Part shown: one piece after another, positions 58,503 to 63,333 of the stretch
Layout: each line of letters begins with the position of its first letter
Numbering within the stretch: the stretch's first letter is position 1
NCBI GenBank assembly: GCA_024278215.1
Contig: JAJRTR010000038.1
Coordinates: 1-63,333, forward strand
DNA: 63,333 nt
Direction: 5' to 3'
Origin: a bacterium
GTDB taxonomy: Bacteria > UBP15 > UBA6099 > JAJRTR01
Translations under genes and position numbers: made by a program
The notes under the pieces: model-generated
Told to the model about the DNA's origin: nothing
The model's database searches: none
The model's input: the letters and a program-made list of their open reading frames with translations, nothing else

Positions 58503-59609
58503 ATGAATATAGCCCTCGTACACGAGTTCCTGGTCACCTGGGGAGGGGCCGATCTTGTGTTGCAGAAATTCGGCGAGATATACCCCGACGCGCCCATGTT
58601 CACGGCTGTCTATGACCGTGCCCGCATGGAGAAATATTTCGCCGGCAAAAATATATTCACCAGTTTTCTCCAGAAACTGCCTCTTTCGACGAAGAAGCAC
58701 CGGCTGTTCATGCCCTTTTTTCCGCTCGCGTTCGAGAGTTTCGATCTGACGGCTTACGATGTCGTTCTGAGCAGCCACCACATGGCGGCTAAAAGTGTTA
58801 TCACGACATCCGAAACCTGCCATATATGTTTTGTGCATACGCCGATGCGGTTTGCCTGGGAATTCTTCCCGCGGTACATGTCGGAATTCGGGCCGTTGAC
58901 GAGGCCGCTGATGCGACTGTTTTTTCATTATCTGCGGATGCACGATGTCGCCGCCGCCAACAGGGTTGATTACTACATTGCCAATTCGCAAAACACGGCG
59001 CGCCGGATAAAAAAACATTACCGGCGCGACGCGACTGTTATACATTCGCCGGTCGTCGCGGACAACTTCCACGTCGCCGACCGTGTTGACGACTACTATC
59101 TTGTCCTTTCGCGGCTCGTGCCGTACAAGAGAGTGGACCTCGCGGTGGAAGCATTCAACAGGCTTGGCCGGAAGCTGGTCATTGTGGGCGACGGGCCGGA
59201 GATGCGACGGCTGAAGGATATGGCCGGGCCGAACATAGAATTCGCCGGTTTTGTGCCTCCCGACAGGGTGGCGGATTACTACGCCGGTTGCAGGGCGTTC
59301 ATTTTTCCCGGCGAAGAGGACTTCGGTATCACGCCGCTGGAGGCGCAGGCGAGCGGCAGGCCGGTGGTAGCTTATGGTGCGGGCGGCGCGCTCGAAACAG
59401 TGGTGGAAGGTAAAACGGGAACTTTTTTCGATGAGCAGACACCGGGATCACTTGCGGCAGCGGTCGATAAATTTGACGAAAAAGCTCTGGACCCGTCTGC
59501 TGTCCGGCGTCACGCCGAAGAGTTCGATGTTGAAGTGTATAAAAAGAGAATACAGAAATTCGTCCTTGAAAAATATAATGAATTCCGGTTGGAAGGTGGC
59601 TTGAAATGA
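58503..59609 (+). CDS. GT4 glycosyltransferase (WbaZ-like)
   Basis: IALVHEFL...GG, RLVPYKRVD, EDFGITPLEAQASG. Confidence 0.92.
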   Translation: MNIALVHEFLVTWGGADLVLQKFGEIYPDAPMFTAVYDRARMEKYFAGKNIFTSFLQKLPLSTKKHRLFMPFFPLAFESFDLTAYDVVLSSHHMAAKSVITTSETCHICFVHTPMRFAWEFFPRYMSEFGPLTRPLMRLFFHYLRMHDVAAANRVDYYIANSQNTARRIKKHYRRDATVIHSPVVADNFHVADRVDDYYLVLSRLVPYKRVDLAVEAFNRLGRKLVIVGDGPEMRRLKDMAGPNIEFAGFVPPDRVADYYAGCRAFIFPGEEDFGITPLEAQASGRPVVAYGAGGALETVVEGKTGTFFDEQTPGSLAAAVDKFDEKALDPSAVRRHAEEFDVEVYKKRIQKFVLEKYNEFRLEGGLK

Positions 59610-61009
59610 GACGCCGAAAACTGTCGGCACCTGTTTTTTGCGTAGCTTTCACGGCTGTGTATCTTGTTGTTGATATTCTCATTTCCTTTGCATCCATAGA
59701 AATAGCGTATTTTGTGCGGCTCGATCTCTTTGCTCCCGGTCTCTACAGGCCTTCAAAAGAAAACTACCTTATCCTCGAAGCGATATTCACGATCCTGATC
59801 GTCTATTTCAATAAGCAGAATGGGCTCTATATGCCCCAGCGGGGCCAGGCGGCAATCGACATTGTGTTCAACGTGTTGAAATCCGTCTTGTACAGTTCGC
59901 TGGCGCTGCTGGCGCTGCTCTTTTTCTATCGCGAGTTTTCCTACGCCCGGCTCATCATGCTCGCCGGCGTGTTGTTCGCTGTGATTCTTATCAGCCTCGG
60001 CAGAATAGTTGTCGGCTCGATAGAAAAGGCCATGCTGCGCAGGGGCCACGGCCAGAAACGGCTTCTGATAATTGGCACGGGCGGCGCGTTCAAAACCATC
60101 GTGGCCCGGCTCGCCCACAACCCGGAACTCGGCTTCCACGTGGTCGGCTACCTGGAAGAAGAATCCGGCAAAGAACTGGCAAACATTCCGCTTGCCGGCA
60201 ATATCGACGAAATAGAGGAGCTGATTATCCTCAAAGATATTGATATTTTGATTGTCACGCTCGAGCCTGAATACCATTACCTGATGAAACAGATAGTGGA
60301 CCTTTGCGACAGGCGGCGTATCGAGTGCATGCTTGCGCCCAATATGATGGAACTGCTCGTGGGGCCGCGCATGTACGAGGAAGTGTGCGGCGTGCCGCTC
60401 ATCAGGGTACACGGCATCCGCATGCGCGGCGTCAACGCCCTGGTGAAGAGAGCAATGGACATTGTGGTATCGGCGGCGGCGCTGATAATCCTTGCGCCGC
60501 TGTTGCTGATTATCGCTGTCATTATCAGAATCGAGTCTCCGGGTCCTGTTTTCTATTCGCAGAAGCGGGTGGGGCTGGACGGCAGCATTATATGGATGAT
60601 AAAGTTCCGCTCGATGCGCACCGACGCCGAGACGAACGCCGGCCCCGGCTGGTCTGCCGAAGGTGATGCCAGGGTAACGCGCTTCGGCAGCTTTTTGAGA
60701 AAATTTTCGCTCGACGAACTGCCCCAGTTCTTCAATGTGTTCGGCGGCGGCATGAGCCTGGTGGGGCCAAGACCGGAGAGACCTTATTTTGTCGAGAAGT
60801 TCGACAGGGATATCCCCCGCTACATGGAGCGCCACAAGGTAAAATCGGGCATGACCGGCTGGGCGCAGGTGAACGGCCTGCGGGGCGACACTTCGATCGA
60901 GGAGCGTGTCCGCTACGATCTCTACTACATTGAAAACTGGTCCGTGTGGTTCGACATCAAAATTATGATACTCACTATTGTGGACATATTCGGGGAACTG
61001 CGGCGATAA
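59606..61009 (+). CDS. Undecaprenyl-phosphate hexose-1-phosphate transferase (WcaJ-like)
   Basis: KRAMDI, KFRSM, DELPQ, MSLVGPRPE, GMTGWAQVNG. Confidence 0.92.
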   Translation: MRRRKLSAPVFCVAFTAVYLVVDILISFASIEIAYFVRLDLFAPGLYRPSKENYLILEAIFTILIVYFNKQNGLYMPQRGQAAIDIVFNVLKSVLYSSLALLALLFFYREFSYARLIMLAGVLFAVILISLGRIVVGSIEKAMLRRGHGQKRLLIIGTGGAFKTIVARLAHNPELGFHVVGYLEEESGKELANIPLAGNIDEIEELIILKDIDILIVTLEPEYHYLMKQIVDLCDRRRIECMLAPNMMELLVGPRMYEEVCGVPLIRVHGIRMRGVNALVKRAMDIVVSAAALIILAPLLLIIAVIIRIESPGPVFYSQKRVGLDGSIIWMIKFRSMRTDAETNAGPGWSAEGDARVTRFGSFLRKFSLDELPQFFNVFGGGMSLVGPRPERPYFVEKFDRDIPRYMERHKVKSGMTGWAQVNGLRGDTSIEERVRYDLYYIENWSVWFDIKIMILTIVDIFGELRR

Positions 61010-61059
61010 GGATAAAGTGTGGTACTTAAACTTCAATCCGGACAGGAGCACAGAGTAAG

Positions 61060-62949
61060 TTGGCAGATCAGCATTTCGGACATTTCCAGATGAAGGGCAA
61101 GCTTGGGCAGGGCATACTGTCCACTGTCTACGAAGCGACAAATCTTAAAAACGCAGGCACTGTTGCGCTGAAAATCATTCGCCCCGAATTCGCCACGAAA
61201 AAAGACATCTCCGACCGCTACAATTCTTCATCGCAGATATTTTCAACTTTCGATCACCAGGGCCTTGTGCGGGTCCGCTCGACCGGGGTGGTCGGAAACT
61301 ATGTATATATGGAACAGGATTTCATCGAAGGAAAAACCCTGCACTCAACGCTGAAAGAAAACGGTCCGCTACCTGCAAAGCGAGCTATGGAGCTTGCCCT
61401 GCAGGTGGCGACGGCGCTCGAATACTTGCACGCCGAGCCGGGCGGCCGGGCACACGGAGCAGTGGTGCCGCGCAAGATAATGCTTGTTAGACGAATGGGA
61501 CAACAGCCGAAGGTGATACTGCTCGACGGATGTTCCTTCTCAGCGATTCCTATTGAAGAAACAATCGTCGAAGCGGCCGCGAGTGTGGATACCGTACTGA
61601 TATATTCCGCTCCCGAGCGGATCGCCGGCGCGCCCGCCTCACAGGCTTCCGACATATTCCAGTTCGGCGCGATGCTCTATGAAATGGTCGCCGGCGAACC
61701 AGCCTTCGATCCTGCCGGGTTTCAGGAAACAGCTCATGCTGTGTTAAAAGAGTCCCCGAAACCACTCAGGGAGATAAACCCGGACATACCGGCCGGTCTC
61801 GACCAGTTCGTCGCGCGCTGCATGGAAAAGGACCCCGACAAACGCATAAAAAATGCAACAGTAGCAGCTACTTTTCTCAGATCGACAATTGCGAACATGA
61901 ACCGCAAACCGGCGAAAAAGAAATCAGCGCCGCCGCCCAAACCGAAAACGCCGCAGGTGCCGCCACCGCAACCACAGGCGCAAAATCCAAACGTCGCCGC
62001 AACCACAGATGCTGTCGCTGAGCAGCAACAGGCAGCCCGGTCTCAACCCGAGCCCCGGCAGACCGCTCCGCAGTTTGCAGAGCAGCAGGCGTCATCAACG
62101 ATGCCGACAGTTTCAGACACGCGGAAACAGTCCGCGCCGCCCGAAGAAAAAGACCGCCCACAGAAAAGTTTCCTGAAAGCGAGTATGCACAGAATCGAAT
62201 TCTCCGGCTTCAAACCATCCCTGATACTTGTGCAGAATTTCGGCAGCGACGATCTCAAGTGCGAGGTGCTCACAGATGCGCGCTGGGTCAGGGCAGACCC
62301 CGTCGAATTCACTATTCCCGCGGACAGCCACCAGGAACTTGTGCTTCAGGCCGGCGGCTATCCTTCGCCGAACAAAAATACGGCAACACTGGAAATCAAA
62401 TCCGACGGCGGCAACGATTCCGTCGTTCTTGTTGCCGACTGGAAACAGATATTCAATCGCATCGCGCAGCTTAAATCGTTTGCCGTATCGTTTGCGGTGC
62501 TGCTCGTCGCGGTCATGGTGTCGTGGGCGCTGTATTCAGGGCGTCAGGCTATCGCTGATAATGGCTATGCGCCGTACTCCGAATGGACGCCTTTGATAAT
62601 ACTTGCGCTGGGAATTATTTTCTTTGCCGGTGCAGTGGCGACGAGGGATTCCGGGGTTTCACTTACAGGAGCGGTGTTGGTCATATTCTGCCTGTGGCAC
62701 ATCTTTTTCACAGCCGGATTCGACCTGTTGCTGATAAGTATTCTTGTGGTGATTCCGCTGCTCGCACCGTTTGCGGCGTATCTTATTTCAGGAGTTATTT
62801 TTTCCCGGAAACCGTCGTTATGGTACATGGCAGTCATCGTGCCGATAGTTTTATGCGCAATCTTCGGATTTATCGCAATGTTTGTGGATACATCTCTCGG
62901 CGCATCCGGCGAAGCACTCATCTGGCATTTGTATCCGTTCACCAGCTAA
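61060..62949 (+). CDS. Hanks-type Ser/Thr pseudokinase with Pro/Gln linker, BACON-like domain and C-terminal TM bundle
   Basis: LGQG, VALK, SAPE, SDIFQFG present; catalytic loop reads HGAVVPRKI and DFG reads DGC. Confidence 0.82.
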   Translation: MADQHFGHFQMKGKLGQGILSTVYEATNLKNAGTVALKIIRPEFATKKDISDRYNSSSQIFSTFDHQGLVRVRSTGVVGNYVYMEQDFIEGKTLHSTLKENGPLPAKRAMELALQVATALEYLHAEPGGRAHGAVVPRKIMLVRRMGQQPKVILLDGCSFSAIPIEETIVEAAASVDTVLIYSAPERIAGAPASQASDIFQFGAMLYEMVAGEPAFDPAGFQETAHAVLKESPKPLREINPDIPAGLDQFVARCMEKDPDKRIKNATVAATFLRSTIANMNRKPAKKKSAPPPKPKTPQVPPPQPQAQNPNVAATTDAVAEQQQAARSQPEPRQTAPQFAEQQASSTMPTVSDTRKQSAPPEEKDRPQKSFLKASMHRIEFSGFKPSLILVQNFGSDDLKCEVLTDARWVRADPVEFTIPADSHQELVLQAGGYPSPNKNTATLEIKSDGGNDSVVLVADWKQIFNRIAQLKSFAVSFAVLLVAVMVSWALYSGRQAIADNGYAPYSEWTPLIILALGIIFFAGAVATRDSGVSLTGAVLVIFCLWHIFFTAGFDLLLISILVVIPLLAPFAAYLISGVIFSRKPSLWYMAVIVPIVLCAIFGFIAMFVDTSLGASGEALIWHLYPFTS

Positions 62950-63170
62950 CCCGGATTTCTTTGTGAGAAATCCGGAAAATCGCGATAACGCCAATTCTAC
63001 TGCGTTGCGGCGATTCGGGATCGGTCACATACCTGCATTTTGCGCAAGAGGCCGGCTGGCCGGCTGCTCCCTCACAACTCACTTGCTACGCCTTGTTATT
63101 ACAGGCATTCTCCCGATATTTGGCCCGCATTGGTGAAATATACCCGCATGTCTCACGAAAAAAATCCGGG
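62947..63170. mobile_element. Family 2 element, longest copy (~220 bp)
   Basis: TAACCCGGATTTCTTTGTGAGA ... TCTCACGAAAAAAATCCGGG inverted ends; internal CTGCGTTG...CGCCTTG core; left end also at about 44656. Confidence 0.7.
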
Positions 63171-63203
63171 GGGGTACGCGACACTTTTTAATATTCCACG
63201 ATT

Positions 63204-63333
63204 GAGCCAATTGCAAAATTCTGATTCGGCTACGGTCGGCTGCAATTGTCAACAGCTGCGTTGTCGGCACAAAATCATCCTCGACGTACTCTACAAGTAC
63301 GCCTGCGGGGATTTTGCACCTCCGCCTTGCTTC
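63204..63333 (-). mobile_element. MITE family 1 copy (cut by the window edge)
   Basis: GAGCCAATTGCAAAATTCTGATTC...; reverse complement of 30340-30467. Confidence 0.85.

Noticed and set aside
1-63333. CRISPR array, prophage, or autonomous DDE transposase
   Set aside because: Repeats are dispersed rather than regularly spaced; no cas, phage structural, integrase or DDE genes were recognised.

Overview
A 63.3-kb chromosomal window from a GC-moderate, probably anaerobic bacterium. It carries iorAB-paaK, rex, Fe-S/CCG and B12-radical SAM genes, and two tRNAs without encoded CCA. There are about 44 protein genes. These include two surface-polysaccharide segments (107-6517 and 58503-61009), a sensor diguanylate cyclase, ABC and TRAP transporters, several secreted or lipoprotein enzymes, a ~1530-aa PRC-barrel/coiled-coil protein and a Ser/Thr pseudokinase. 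The best candidate for an undescribed system is 48.9-58.0 kb. There, two translationally coupled multi-domain radical SAM proteins (rSAM-methyltransferase and DUF483-like-rSAM-rSAM) are divergently transcribed from an archaeal-style A24 prepilin peptidase, a GT-C membrane glycosyltransferase and an SGNH protein, suggesting a peptide or pilin maturation and decoration pathway. No precursor peptide was found in the window. The intergenic DNA is dense in small non-autonomous elements: several MITE types with visible TIRs and target-site duplications, REP-like hairpin families, and a degenerate RAYT beside a REP doublet. An AT-rich HNH nuclease gene splits the TRAP operon. Two single-codon lesions stand out: an in-frame TAG in moaE and a Cys->Tyr change in a radical SAM motif. 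All family assignments come from motif recognition by eye; no database searches were run.
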